DNA of 64,000 nucleotides from Gammaproteobacteria bacterium (GCA_965243395.1 CBDEUS010000002.1:1-64000); one strand, 5' to 3'. Shown: positions 1 through 10,697, counted from the first letter of the stretch. Notes: a model not told the origin generated them from the letters alone. Numbers and translations are program-made.

Positions 1-3000
1 GGAACGTTGTTGTTCGGCGTACTGTCCGGATCGGCTTGGTCACTGGCACTGACTTGCGCGATGTTGTCATACGGTCCACTCGCGTTCACCGTCGCGGTGA
101 TCACTAAAGTCTCACTCGCCGCATTCGCTAACGCGCCCACCGTCCACACGCCGGTGCCACTGTTATACGTTCCAACACTTGGTGTATCACTCACATAGGT
201 GTAACCCGCCGGTAACTGATCCAACACCGCCACATTGGTCGCACCACTGGGACCGTTGTTGGTCACGGTGACCGTGAAGTTCACGTTCGCACCCACACTC
301 GGCGTCGCGTTGTCCACCACCTTCGTTAAACTTAAGTCCGCACTCGCCACCGGTGTGGTCAGTGCATTGTCTTGATCATCTTCTGCAGGAACGTTGTTGT
401 TCGGCGTACTGTCCGGATCGGCTTGGTCACTGGCACTGACTTGCGCGATGTTGTCATACGGTCCACTCGCGTTCACCGTCGCGGTGATCACTAAAGTCTC
501 ACTCGCCGCATTCGCTAACGCGCCCACCGTCCACACGCCGGTGCCACTGTTATACGTTCCAACACTTGGTGTATCACTCACATAGGTGTAACCCGCCGGT
601 AACTGATCCAACACCGCCACATTGGTCGCACCACTGGGACCGTTGTTGGTCACGGTGACCGTGAAGTTCACGTTCGCACCCACACTCGGCGTCGCGTTGT
701 CCACCACCTTCGTTAAACTTAAGTCCGCACTCGCCACCGGTGTGGTCAGTGCATTGTCTTGATCATCTTCTGCAGGAACGTTGTTGTTCGGCGTACTGTC
801 CGGATCGGCTTGGTCACTGGCACTGACTTGCGCGATGTTGTCATACGGTCCACTCGCGTTCACCGTCGCGGTGATCACTAAAGTCTCACTCGCCGCATTC
901 GCTAACGCGCCCACCGTCCACACGCCGGTGCCACTGTTATACGTTCCAACACTTGGTGTATCACTCACATAGGTGTAACCCGCCGGTAACTGATCCAACA
1001 CCGCCACATTGGTCGCACCACTGGGACCGTTGTTGGTCACGGTGACCGTGAAGTTCACGTTCGCACCCACACTCGGCGTCGCGTTGTCCACCACCTTCGT
1101 TAAACTTAAGTCCGCACTCGCCACCGGTGTGGTCAGTGCATTGTCTTGATCATCTTCTGCAGGAACGTTGTTGTTCGGCGTACTGTCCGGATCGGCTTGG
1201 TCACTGGCACTGACTTGCGCGATGTTGTCATACGGTCCACTCGCGTTCACCGTCGCGGTGATCACTAAAGTCTCACTCGCCGCATTCGCTAACGCGCCCA
1301 CCGTCCACACGCCGGTGCCACTGTTATACGTTCCAACACTTGGTGTATCACTCACATAGGTGTAACCCGCCGGTAACTGATCCAACACCGCCACATTGGT
1401 CGCACCACTGGGACCGTTGTTGGTCACGGTGACCGTGAAGTTCACGTTCGCACCCACACTCGGCGTCGCGTTGTCCACCACCTTCGTTAAACTTAAGTCC
1501 GCACTCGCCACCGGTGTGGTCAGTGCATTGTCTTGATCATCTTCTGCAGGAACGTTGTTGTTCGGCGTACTGTCCGGATCGGCTTGGTCACTGGCACTGA
1601 CTTGCGCGATGTTGTCATACGGTCCACTCGCGTTCACCGTCGCGGTGATCACTAAAGTCTCACTCGCCGCATTCGCTAACGCGCCCACCGTCCACACGCC
1701 GGTGCCACTGTTATACGTTCCAACACTTGGTGTATCACTCACATAGGTGTAACCCGCCGGTAACTGATCCAACACCGCCACATTGGTCGCACCACTGGGA
1801 CCGTTGTTGGTCACGGTGACCGTGAAGTTCACGTTCGCACCCACACTCGGCGTCGCGTTGTCCACCACCTTCGTTAAACTTAAGTCCGCACTCGCCACCG
1901 GTGTGGTCAGTGCATTGTCTTGATCATCTTCTGCAGGAACGTTGTTGTTCGGCGTACTGTCCGGATCGGCTTGGTCACTGGCACTGACTTGCGCGATGTT
2001 GTCATACGGTCCACTCGCGTTCACCGTCGCGGTGATCACTAAAGTCTCACTCGCCGCATTCGCTAACGCGCCCACCGTCCACACGCCGGTGCCACTGTTA
2101 TACGTTCCAACACTTGGTGTATCACTCACATAGGTGTAACCCGCCGGTAACTGATCCAACACCGCCACATTGGTCGCACCACTGGGACCGTTGTTGGTCA
2201 CGGTGACCGTGAAGTTCACGTTCGCACCCACACTCGGCGTCGCGTTGTCCACCACCTTCGTTAAACTTAAGTCCGCACTCGCCACCGGTGTGGTCAGTGC
2301 ATTGTCTTGATCATCTTCTGCAGGAACGTTGTTGTTCGGCGTACTGTCCGGATCGGCTTGGTCACTGGCACTGACTTGCGCGATGTTGTCATACGGTCCA
2401 CTCGCGTTCACCGTCGCGGTGATCACTAAAGTCTCACTCGCCGCATTCGCTAACGCGCCCACCGTCCACACGCCGGTGCCACTGTTATACGTTCCAACAC
2501 TTGGTGTATCACTCACATAGGTGTAACCCGCCGGTAACTGATCCAACACCGCCACATTGGTCGCACCACTGGGACCGTTGTTGGTCACGGTGACCGTGAA
2601 GTTCACGTTCGCACCCACACTCGGCGTCGCGTTGTCCACCACCTTCGTTAAACTTAAGTCCGCACTCGCCACCGGTGTGGTCAGTGCATTGTCTTGATCA
2701 TCTTCTGCAGGAACGTTGTTGTTCGGCGTACTGTCCGGATCGGCTTGGTCACTGGCACTGACTTGCGCGATGTTGTCATACGGTCCACTCGCGTTCACCG
2801 TCGCGGTGATCACTAAAGTCTCACTCGCCGCATTCGCTAACGCGCCCACCGTCCACACGCCGGTGCCACTGTTATACGTTCCAACACTTGGTGTATCACT
2901 CACATAGGTGTAACCCGCCGGTAACTGATCCAACACCGCCACATTGGTCGCACCACTGGGACCGTTGTTGGTCACGGTGACCGTGAAGTTCACGTTCGCA

Positions 3001-6000
3001 CCCACACTCGGCGTCGCGTTGTCCACCACCTTCGTTAAACTTAAGTCCGCACTCGCCACCGGTGTGGTCAGTGCATTGTCTTGATCATCTTCTGCAGGAA
3101 CGTTGTTGTTCGGCGTACTGTCCGGATCGGCTTGGTCACTGGCACTGACTTGCGCGATGTTGTCATACGGTCCACTCGCGTTCACCGTCGCGGTGATCAC
3201 TAAAGTCTCACTCGCCGCATTCGCTAACGCGCCCACCGTCCACACGCCGGTGCCACTGTTATACGTTCCAACACTTGGTGTATCACTCACATAGGTGTAA
3301 CCCGCCGGTAACTGATCCAACACCGCCACATTGGTCGCACCACTGGGACCGTTGTTGGTCACGGTGACCGTGAAGTTCACGTTCGCACCCACACTCGGCG
3401 TCGCGTTGTCCACCACCTTCGTTAAACTTAAGTCCGCACTCGCCACCGGTGTGGTCAGTGCATTGTCTTGATCATCTTCTGCAGGAACGTTGTTGTTCGG
3501 CGTACTGTCCGGATCGGCTTGGTCACTGGCACTGACTTGCGCGATGTTGTCATACGGTCCACTCGCGTTCACCGTCGCGGTGATCACTAAAGTCTCACTC
3601 GCCGCATTCGCTAACGCGCCCACCGTCCACACGCCGGTGCCACTGTTATACGTTCCAACACTTGGTGTATCACTCACATAGGTGTAACCCGCCGGTAACT
3701 GATCCAACACCGCCACATTGGTCGCACCACTGGGACCGTTGTTGGTCACGGTGACCGTGAAGTTCACGTTCGCACCCACACTCGGCGTCGCGTTGTCCAC
3801 CACCTTCGTTAAACTTAAGTCCGCACTCGCCACCGGTGTGGTCAGTGCATTGTCTTGATCATCTTCTGCAGGAACGTTGTTGTTCGGCGTACTGTCCGGA
3901 TCGGCTTGGTCACTGGCACTGACTTGCGCGATGTTGTCATACGGTCCACTCGCGTTCACCGTCGCGGTGATCACTAAAGTCTCACTCGCCGCATTCGCTA
4001 ACGCGCCCACCGTCCACACGCCGGTGCCACTGTTATACGTTCCAACACTTGGTGTATCACTCACATAGGTGTAACCCGCCGGTAACTGATCCAACACCGC
4101 CACATTGGTCGCACCACTGGGACCGTTGTTGGTCACGGTGACCGTGAAGTTCACGTTCGCACCCACACTCGGCGTCGCGTTGTCCACCACCTTCGTTAAA
4201 CTTAAGTCCGCACTCGCCACCGGTGTGGTCAGTGCATTGTCTTGATCATCTTCTGCAGGAACGTTGTTGTTCGGCGTACTGTCCGGATCGGCTTGGTCAC
4301 TGGCACTGACTTGCGCGATGTTGTCATACGGTCCACTCGCGTTCACCGTCGCGGTGATCACTAAAGTCTCACTCGCCGCATTCGCTAACGCGCCCACCGT
4401 CCACACGCCGGTGCCACTGTTATACGTTCCAACACTTGGTGTATCACTCACATAGGTGTAACCCGCCGGTAACTGATCCAACACCGCCACATTGGTCGCA
4501 CCACTGGGACCGTTGTTGGTCACGGTGACCGTGAAGTTCACGTTCGCACCCACACTCGGCGTCGCGTTGTCCACCACCTTCGTTAAACTTAAGTCCGCAC
4601 TCGCCACCGGTGTGGTCAGTGCATTGTCTTGATCATCTTCTGCAGGAACGTTGTTGTTCGGCGTACTGTCCGGATCGGCTTGGTCACTGGCACTGACTTG
4701 CGCGATGTTGTCATACGGTCCACTCGCGTTCACCGTCGCGGTGATCACTAAAGTCTCACTCGCCGCATTCGCTAACGCGCCCACCGTCCACACGCCGGTG
4801 CCACTGTTATACGTTCCAACACTTGGTGTATCACTCACATAGGTGTAACCCGCCGGTAACTGATCCAACACCGCCACATTGGTCGCACCACTGGGACCGT
4901 TGTTGGTCACGGTGACCGTGAAGTTCACGTTCGCACCCACACTCGGCGTCGCGTTGTCCACCACCTTCGTTAAACTTAAGTCCGCACTCGCCACCGGTGT
5001 GGTCAGTGCATTGTCTTGATCATCTTCTGCAGGAACGTTGTTGTTCGGCGTACTGTCCGGATCGGCTTGGTCACTGGCACTGACTTGCGCGATGTTGTCA
5101 TACGGTCCACTCGCGTTCACCGTCGCGGTGATCACTAAAGTCTCACTCGCCGCATTCGCTAACGCGCCCACCGTCCACACGCCGGTGCCACTGTTATACG
5201 TTCCAACACTTGGTGTATCACTCACATAGGTGTAACCCGCCGGTAACTGATCCAACACCGCCACATTGGTCGCACCACTGGGACCGTTGTTGGTCACGGT
5301 GACCGTGAAGTTCACGTTCGCACCCACACTCGGCGTCGCGTTGTCCACCACCTTCGTTAAACTTAAGTCCGCACTCGCCACCGGTGTGGTCAGTGCATTG
5401 TCTTGATCATCTTCTGCAGGAACGTTGTTGTTCGGCGTACTGTCCGGATCGGCTTGGTCACTGGCACTGACTTGCGCGATGTTGTCATACGGTCCACTCG
5501 CGTTCACCGTCGCGGTGATCACTAAAGTCTCACTCGCCGCATTCGCTAACGCGCCCACCGTCCACACGCCGGTGCCACTGTTATACGTTCCAACACTTGG
5601 TGTATCACTCACATAGGTGTAACCCGCCGGTAACTGATCCAACACCGCCACATTGGTCGCACCACTGGGACCGTTGTTGGTCACGGTGACCGTGAAGTTC
5701 ACGTTCGCACCCACACTCGGCGTCGCGTTGTCCACCACCTTCGTTAAACTTAAGTCCGCACTCGCCACCGGTGTGGTCAGTGCATTGTCTTGATCATCTT
5801 CTGCAGGAACGTTGTTGTTCGGCGTACTGTCCGGATCGGCTTGGTCACTGGCACTGACTTGCGCGATGTTGTCATACGGTCCACTCGCGTTCACCGTCGC
5901 GGTGATCACTAAAGTCTCACTCGCCGCATTCGCTAACGCGCCCACCGTCCACACGCCGGTGCCACTGTTATACGTTCCAACACTTGGTGTATCACTCACA

Positions 6001-9000
6001 TAGGTGTAACCCGCCGGTAACTGATCCAACACCGCCACATTGGTCGCACCACTGGGACCGTTGTTGGTCACGGTGACCGTGAAGTTCACGTTCGCACCCA
6101 CACTCGGCGTCGCGTTGTCCACCACCTTCGTTAAACTTAAGTCCGCACTCGCCACCGGTGTGGTCAGTGCATTGTCTTGATCATCTTCTGCAGGAACGTT
6201 GTTGTTCGGCGTACTGTCCGGATCGGCTTGGTCACTGGCACTGACTTGCGCGATGTTGTCATACGGTCCACTCGCGTTCACCGTCGCGGTGATCACTAAA
6301 GTCTCACTCGCCGCATTCGCTAACGCGCCCACCGTCCACACGCCGGTGCCACTGTTATACGTTCCAACACTTGGTGTATCACTCACATAGGTGTAACCCG
6401 CCGGTAACTGATCCAACACCGCCACATTGGTCGCACCACTGGGACCGTTGTTGGTCACGGTGACCGTGAAGTTCACGTTCGCACCCACACTCGGCGTCGC
6501 GTTGTCCACCACCTTCGTTAAACTTAAGTCCGCACTCGCCACCGGTGTGGTCAGTGCATTGTCTTGATCATCTTCTGCAGGAACGTTGTTGTTCGGCGTA
6601 CTGTCCGGATCGGCTTGGTCACTGGCACTGACTTGCGCGATGTTGTCATACGGTCCACTCGCGTTCACCGTCGCGGTGATCACTAAAGTCTCACTCGCCG
6701 CATTCGCTAACGCGCCCACCGTCCACACGCCGGTGCCACTGTTATACGTTCCAACACTTGGTGTATCACTCACATAGGTGTAACCCGCCGGTAACTGATC
6801 CAACACCGCCACATTGGTCGCACCACTGGGACCGTTGTTGGTCACGGTGACCGTGAAGTTCACGTTCGCACCCACACTCGGCGTCGCGTTGTCCACCACC
6901 TTCGTTAAACTTAAGTCCGCACTCGCCACCGGTGTGGTCAGTGCATTGTCTTGATCATCTTCTGCAGGAACGTTGTTGTTCGGCGTACTGTCCGGATCGG
7001 CTTGGTCACTGGCACTGACTTGCGCGATGTTGTCATACGGTCCACTCGCGTTCACCGTCGCGGTGATCACTAAAGTCTCACTCGCCGCATTCGCTAACGC
7101 GCCCACCGTCCACACGCCGGTGCCACTGTTATACGTTCCAACACTTGGTGTATCACTCACATAGGTGTAACCCGCCGGTAACTGATCCAACACCGCCACA
7201 TTGGTCGCACCACTGGGACCGTTGTTGGTCACGGTGACCGTGAAGTTCACGTTCGCACCCACACTCGGCGTCGCGTTGTCCACCACCTTCGTTAAACTTA
7301 AGTCCGCACTCGCCACCGGTGTGGTCAGTGCATTGTCTTGATCATCTTCTGCAGGAACGTTGTTGTTCGGCGTACTGTCCGGATCGGCTTGGTCACTGGC
7401 ACTGACTTGCGCGATGTTGTCATACGGTCCACTCGCGTTCACCGTCGCGGTGATCACTAAAGTCTCACTCGCCGCATTCGCTAACGCGCCCACCGTCCAC
7501 ACGCCGGTGCCACTGTTATACGTTCCAACACTTGGTGTATCACTCACATAGGTGTAACCCGCCGGTAACTGATCCAACACCGCCACATTGGTCGCACCAC
7601 TGGGACCGTTGTTGGTCACGGTGACCGTGAAGTTCACGTTCGCACCCACACTCGGCGTCGCGTTGTCCACCACCTTCGTTAAACTTAAGTCCGCACTCGC
7701 CACCGGTGTGGTCAGTGCATTGTCTTGATCATCTTCTGCAGGAACGTTGTTGTTCGGCGTACTGTCCGGATCGGCTTGGTCACTGGCACTGACTTGCGCG
7801 ATGTTGTCATACGGTCCACTCGCGTTCACCGTCGCGGTGATCACTAAAGTCTCACTCGCCGCATTCGCTAACGCGCCCACCGTCCACACGCCGGTGCCAC
7901 TGTTATACGTTCCAACACTTGGTGTATCACTCACATAGGTGTAACCCGCCGGTAACTGATCCAACACCGCCACATTGGTCGCACCACTGGGACCGTTGTT
8001 GGTCACGGTGACCGTGAAGTTCACGTTCGCACCCACACTCGGCGTCGCGTTGTCCACCACCTTCGTTAAACTTAAGTCCGCACTCGCCACCGGTGTGGTC
8101 AGTGCATTGTCTTGATCATCTTCTGCAGGAACGTTGTTGTTCGGCGTACTGTCCGGATCGGCTTGGTCACTGGCACTGACTTGCGCGATGTTGTCATACG
8201 GTCCACTCGCGTTCACCGTCGCGGTGATCACTAAAGTCTCACTCGCCGCATTCGCTAACGCGCCCACCGTCCACACGCCGGTGCCACTGTTATACGTTCC
8301 AACACTTGGTGTATCACTCACATAGGTGTAACCCGCCGGTAACTGATCCAACACCGCCACATTGGTCGCACCACTGGGACCGTTGTTGGTCACGGTGACC
8401 GTGAAGTTCACGTTCGCACCCACACTCGGCGTCGCGTTGTCCACCACCTTCGTTAAACTTAAGTCCGCACTCGCCACCGGTGTGGTCAGTGCATTGTCTT
8501 GATCATCTTCTGCAGGAACGTTGTTGTTCGGCGTACTGTCCGGATCGGCTTGGTCACTGGCACTGACTTGCGCGATGTTGTCATACGGTCCACTCGCGTT
8601 CACCGTCGCGGTGATCACTAAAGTCTCACTCGCCGCATTCGCTAACGCGCCCACCGTCCACACGCCGGTGCCACTGTTATACGTTCCAACACTTGGTGTA
8701 TCACTCACATAGGTGTAACCCGCCGGTAACTGATCCAACACCGCCACATTGGTCGCACCACTGGGACCGTTGTTGGTCACGGTGACCGTGAAGTTCACGT
8801 TCGCACCCACACTCGGCGTCGCGTTGTCCACCACCTTCGTTAAACTTAAGTCCGCACTCGCCACCGGTGTGGTCAGTGCATTGTCTTGATCATCTTCTGC
8901 AGGAACGTTGTTGTTCGGCGTACTGTCCGGATCGGCTTGGTCACTGGCACTGACTTGCGCGATGTTGTCATACGGTCCACTCGCGTTCACCGTCGCGGTG

Positions 9001-10404
9001 ATCACTAAAGTCTCACTCGCCGCATTCGCTAACGCGCCCACCGTCCACACGCCGGTGCCACTGTTATACGTTCCAACACTTGGTGTATCACTCACATAGG
9101 TGTAACCCGCCGGTAACTGATCCAACACCGCCACATTGGTCGCACCACTGGGACCGTTGTTGGTCACGGTGACCGTGAAGTTCACGTTCGCACCCACACT
9201 CGGCGTCGCGTTGTCCACCACCTTCGTTAAACTTAAGTCCGCACTCGCCACCGGTGTGGTCAGTGCATTGTCTTGATCATCTTCTGCAGGAACGTTGTTG
9301 TTCGGCGTACTGTCCGGATCGGCTTGGTCACTGGCACTGACTTGCGCGATGTTGTCATACGGTCCACTCGCGTTCACCGTCGCGGTGATCACTAAAGTCT
9401 CACTCGCCGCATTCGCTAACGCGCCCACCGTCCACACGCCGGTGCCACTGTTATACGTTCCAACACTTGGTGTATCACTCACATAGGTGTAACCCGCCGG
9501 TAACTGATCCAACACCGCCACATTGGTCGCACCACTGGGACCGTTGTTGGTCACGGTGACCGTGAAGTTCACGTTCGCACCCACACTCGGCGTCGCGTTG
9601 TCCACCACCTTCGTTAAACTTAAGTCCGCACTCGCCACCGGTGTGGTCAGTGCATTGTCTTGATCATCTTCTGCAGGAACGTTGTTGTTCGGCGTACTGT
9701 CCGGATCGGCTTGGTCACTGGCACTGACTTGCGCGATGTTGTCATACGGTCCACTCGCGTTCACCGTCGCGGTGATCACTAAAGTCTCACTCGCCGCATT
9801 CGCTAACGCGCCCACCGTCCACACGCCGGTGCCACTGTTATACGTTCCAACACTTGGTGTATCACTCACATAGGTGTAACCCGCCGGTAACTGATCCAAC
9901 ACCGCCACATTGGTCGCACCACTGGGACCGTTGTTGGTCACGGTGACCGTGAAGTTCACGTTCGCACCCACACTCGGCGTCGCGTTGTCCACCACCTTCG
10001 TTAAACTTAAGTCCGCACTCGCCACCGGTGTGGTCAGTGCATTGTCTTGATCATCTTCTGCAGGAACGTTGTTGTTCGGCGTACTGTCCGGATCGGCTTG
10101 GTCACTGGCACTGACTTGCGCGATGTTGTCATACGGTCCACTCGCGTTCACCGTCGCGGTGATCACTAAAGTCTCACTCGCCGCATTCGCTAACGCGCCC
10201 ACCGTCCACACGCCGGTGCCACTGTTATACGTTCCAACACTTGGTGTATCACTCACATAGGTGTAACCCGCCGGTAACTGATCCAACACCGCCACATTGG
10301 TCGCACCACTGGGACCGTTGTTGGTCACGGTGACCGTGAAGTTCACGTTCGCACCCACACTCGGCGTCGCGTTGTCCACCACCTTCGTTAAACTTAAGTC
10401 CGCA
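1..10404. repeat. Tandem array of 387-bp units, about 26.9 copies, continuing off the left edge
   Basis: The unit ggaacgttgttgttcggc...tcatcttctgca recurs every 387 nt, and identical shadow ORFs start at 7, 394, ... 10069. I saw no variant by eye. Identity breaks after ...aagtccgca at 10404. Unit GC counted at 219/387 (about 57%). Confidence 0.98.
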
Positions 10405-10628
10405 TTTGCTAATAGTGTGTTGCTATCTGATGCGGTATTGTTAGCTGGGGTTGGGTCACTGATTCCAGCGGGCGCGGTGACGGTGGCTGTGTTGACTAAA
10501 GGATTTGGAAATACAGCGGACGCTTGAAAGGAAAAAATGTACAGAAATATGAAAACAAAATAATTACGAAAACGTAAAAATTTACGATGTTCCCAACTCG
10601 ATTGTCGTTCCCTGATGAGAATTGACAC
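1..10628 (-). CDS. Giant secreted repetitive adhesin-like protein with tandem DUF11-type Ig-like domains (3'-partial, >3,540 aa)
   Basis: Manual translation gives a GTG start at 10628 after AAGGA and a signal peptide MSILIRERQSSWEHRKFLRFRNYFVFIFLYIFSFQASA|. The stop-free 129-aa repeat is ADLSLTKVVDNATPSVGANVNFTVTVTNNGPSGATNVAVLDQLPAGYTYVSDTPSVGTYNSGTGVWTVGALANAASETLVITATVNASGPYDNIAQVSASDQADPDSTPNNNVPAEDDQDNALTTPVAS, with DUF11 hallmarks ADLSLTK, N-x-GPS-x-A and DxLPAG. No stop codon lies inside the window. Confidence 0.93.
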   Translation of the reverse strand, partial: MSILIRERQSSWEHRKFLRFRNYFVFIFLYIFSFQASAVFPNPLVNTATVTAPAGISDPTPANNTASDSNTLLANADLSLTKVVDNATPSVGANVNFTVTVTNNGPSGATNVAVLDQLPAGYTYVSDTPSVGTYNSGTGVWTVGALANAASETLVITATVNASGPYDNIAQVSASDQADPDSTPNNNVPAEDDQDNALTTPVASADLSLTKVVDNATPSVGANVNFTVTVTNNGPSGATNVAVLDQLPAGYTYVSDTPSVGTYNSGTGVWTVGALANAASETLVITATVNASGPYDNIAQVSASDQADPDSTPNNNVPAEDDQDNALTTPVASADLSLTKVVDNATPSVGANVNFTVTVTNNGPSGATNVAVLDQLPAGYTYVSDTPSVGTYNSGTGVWTVGALANAASETLVITATVNASGPYDNIAQVSASDQADPDSTPNNNVPAEDDQDNALTTPVASADLSLTKVVDNATPSVGANVNFTVTVTNNGPSGATNVAVLDQLPAGYTYVSDTPSVGTYNSGTGVWTVGALANAASETLVITATVNASGPYDNIAQVSASDQADPDSTPNNNVPAEDDQDNALTTPVASADLSLTKVVDNATPSVGANVNFTVTVTNNGPSGATNVAVLDQLPAGYTYVSDTPSVGTYNSGTGVWTVGALANAASETLVITATVNASGPYDNIAQVSASDQADPDSTPNNNVPAEDDQDNALTTPVASADLSLTKVVDNATPSVGANVNFTVTVTNNGPSGATNVAVLDQLPAGYTYVSDTPSVGTYNSGTGVWTVGALANAASETLVITATVNASGPYDNIAQVSASDQADPDSTPNNNVPAEDDQDNALTTPVASADLSLTKVVDNATPSVGANVNFTVTVTNNGPSGATNVAVLDQLPAGYTYVSDTPSVGTYNSGTGVWTVGALANAASETLVITATVNASGPYDNIAQVSASDQADPDSTPNNNVPAEDDQDNALTTPVASADLSLTKVVDNATPSVGANVNFTVTVTNNGPSGATNVAVLDQLPAGYTYVSDTPSVGTYNSGTGVWTVGALANAASETLVITATVNASGPYDNIAQVSASDQADPDSTPNNNVPAEDDQDNALTTPVASADLSLTKVVDNATPSVGANVNFTVTVTNNGPSGATNVAVLDQLPAGYTYVSDTPSVGTYNSGTGVWTVGALANAASETLVITATVNASGPYDNIAQVSASDQADPDSTPNNNVPAEDDQDNALTTPVASADLSLTKVVDNATPSVGANVNFTVTVTNNGPSGATNVAVLDQLPAGYTYVSDTPSVGTYNSGTGVWTVGALANAASETLVITATVNASGPYDNIAQVSASDQADPDSTPNNNVPAEDDQDNALTTPVASADLSLTKVVDNATPSVGANVNFTVTVTNNGPSGATNVAVLDQLPAGYTYVSDTPSVGTYNSGTGVWTVGALANAASETLVITATVNASGPYDNIAQVSASDQADPDSTPNNNVPAEDDQDNALTTPVASADLSLTKVVDNATPSVGANVNFTVTVTNNGPSGATNVAVLDQLPAGYTYVSDTPSVGTYNSGTGVWTVGALANAASETLVITATVNASGPYDNIAQVSASDQADPDSTPNNNVPAEDDQDNALTTPVASADLSLTKVVDNATPSVGANVNFTVTVTNNGPSGATNVAVLDQLPAGYTYVSDTPSVGTYNSGTGVWTVGALANAASETLVITATVNASGPYDNIAQVSASDQADPDSTPNNNVPAEDDQDNALTTPVASADLSLTKVVDNATPSVGANVNFTVTVTNNGPSGATNVAVLDQLPAGYTYVSDTPSVGTYNSGTGVWTVGALANAASETLVITATVNASGPYDNIAQVSASDQADPDSTPNNNVPAEDDQDNALTTPVASADLSLTKVVDNATPSVGANVNFTVTVTNNGPSGATNVAVLDQLPAGYTYVSDTPSVGTYNSGTGVWTVGALANAASETLVITATVNASGPYDNIAQVSASDQADPDSTPNNNVPAEDDQDNALTTPVASADLSLTKVVDNATPSVGANVNFTVTVTNNGPSGATNVAVLDQLPAGYTYVSDTPSVGTYNSGTGVWTVGALANAASETLVITATVNASGPYDNIAQVSASDQADPDSTPNNNVPAEDDQDNALTTPVASADLSLTKVVDNATPSVGANVNFTVTVTNNGPSGATNVAVLDQLPAGYTYVSDTPSVGTYNSGTGVWTVGALANAASETLVITATVNASGPYDNIAQVSASDQADPDSTPNNNVPAEDDQDNALTTPVASADLSLTKVVDNATPSVGANVNFTVTVTNNGPSGATNVAVLDQLPAGYTYVSDTPSVGTYNSGTGVWTVGALANAASETLVITATVNASGPYDNIAQVSASDQADPDSTPNNNVPAEDDQDNALTTPVASADLSLTKVVDNATPSVGANVNFTVTVTNNGPSGATNVAVLDQLPAGYTYVSDTPSVGTYNSGTGVWTVGALANAASETLVITATVNASGPYDNIAQVSASDQADPDSTPNNNVPAEDDQDNALTTPVASADLSLTKVVDNATPSVGANVNFTVTVTNNGPSGATNVAVLDQLPAGYTYVSDTPSVGTYNSGTGVWTVGALANAASETLVITATVNASGPYDNIAQVSASDQADPDSTPNNNVPAEDDQDNALTTPVASADLSLTKVVDNATPSVGANVNFTVTVTNNGPSGATNVAVLDQLPAGYTYVSDTPSVGTYNSGTGVWTVGALANAASETLVITATVNASGPYDNIAQVSASDQADPDSTPNNNVPAEDDQDNALTTPVASADLSLTKVVDNATPSVGANVNFTVTVTNNGPSGATNVAVLDQLPAGYTYVSDTPSVGTYNSGTGVWTVGALANAASETLVITATVNASGPYDNIAQVSASDQADPDSTPNNNVPAEDDQDNALTTPVASADLSLTKVVDNATPSVGANVNFTVTVTNNGPSGATNVAVLDQLPAGYTYVSDTPSVGTYNSGTGVWTVGALANAASETLVITATVNASGPYDNIAQVSASDQADPDSTPNNNVPAEDDQDNALTTPVASADLSLTKVVDNATPSVGANVNFTVTVTNNGPSGATNVAVLDQLPAGYTYVSDTPSVGTYNSGTGVWTVGALANAASETLVITATVNASGPYDNIAQVSASDQADPDSTPNNNVPAEDDQDNALTTPVASADLSLTKVVDNATPSVGANVNFTVTVTNNGPSGATNVAVLDQLPAGYTYVSDTPSVGTYNSGTGVWTVGALANAASETLVITATVNASGPYDNIAQVSASDQADPDSTPNNNVPAEDDQDNALTTPVASADLSLTKVVDNATPSVGANVNFTVTVTNNGPSGATNVAVLDQLPAGYTYVSDTPSVGTYNSGTGVWTVGALANAASETLVITATVNASGPYDNIAQVSASDQADPDSTPNNNVPAEDDQDNALTTPVASADLSLTKVVDNATPSVGANVNFTVTVTNNGPSGATNVAVLDQLPAGYTYVSDTPSVGTYNSGTGVWTVGALANAASETLVITATVNASGPYDNIAQVSASDQADPDSTPNNNV

Positions 10629-10674
10629 TCGTTATTCCTTCAACGCGTTCCATAACCCCAAACTTGCCCGTCAA

Positions 10675-10697
10675 CGATTTAGAAAAAATCTAAATCG
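10675..10697. promoter_or_regulatory. Perfect 9-bp inverted repeat upstream of the adhesin start (operator or UTR hairpin)
   Basis: cgatttaga-aaaaa-tctaaatcg, 47 nt upstream of the GTG. Confidence 0.35.

Noticed and set aside
1-10404. CRISPR array or tandem mobile element
   Set aside because: There are no unique spacers, cas genes or transposase. The period is a multiple of 3 and encodes an open protein domain.
7-10527. 27 identical 63-aa plus-strand ORFs and the 76-aa ORF at 10297
   Set aside because: These are antisense shadows of the giant minus-strand CDS, which has an RBS, a signal peptide and a recognisable domain.
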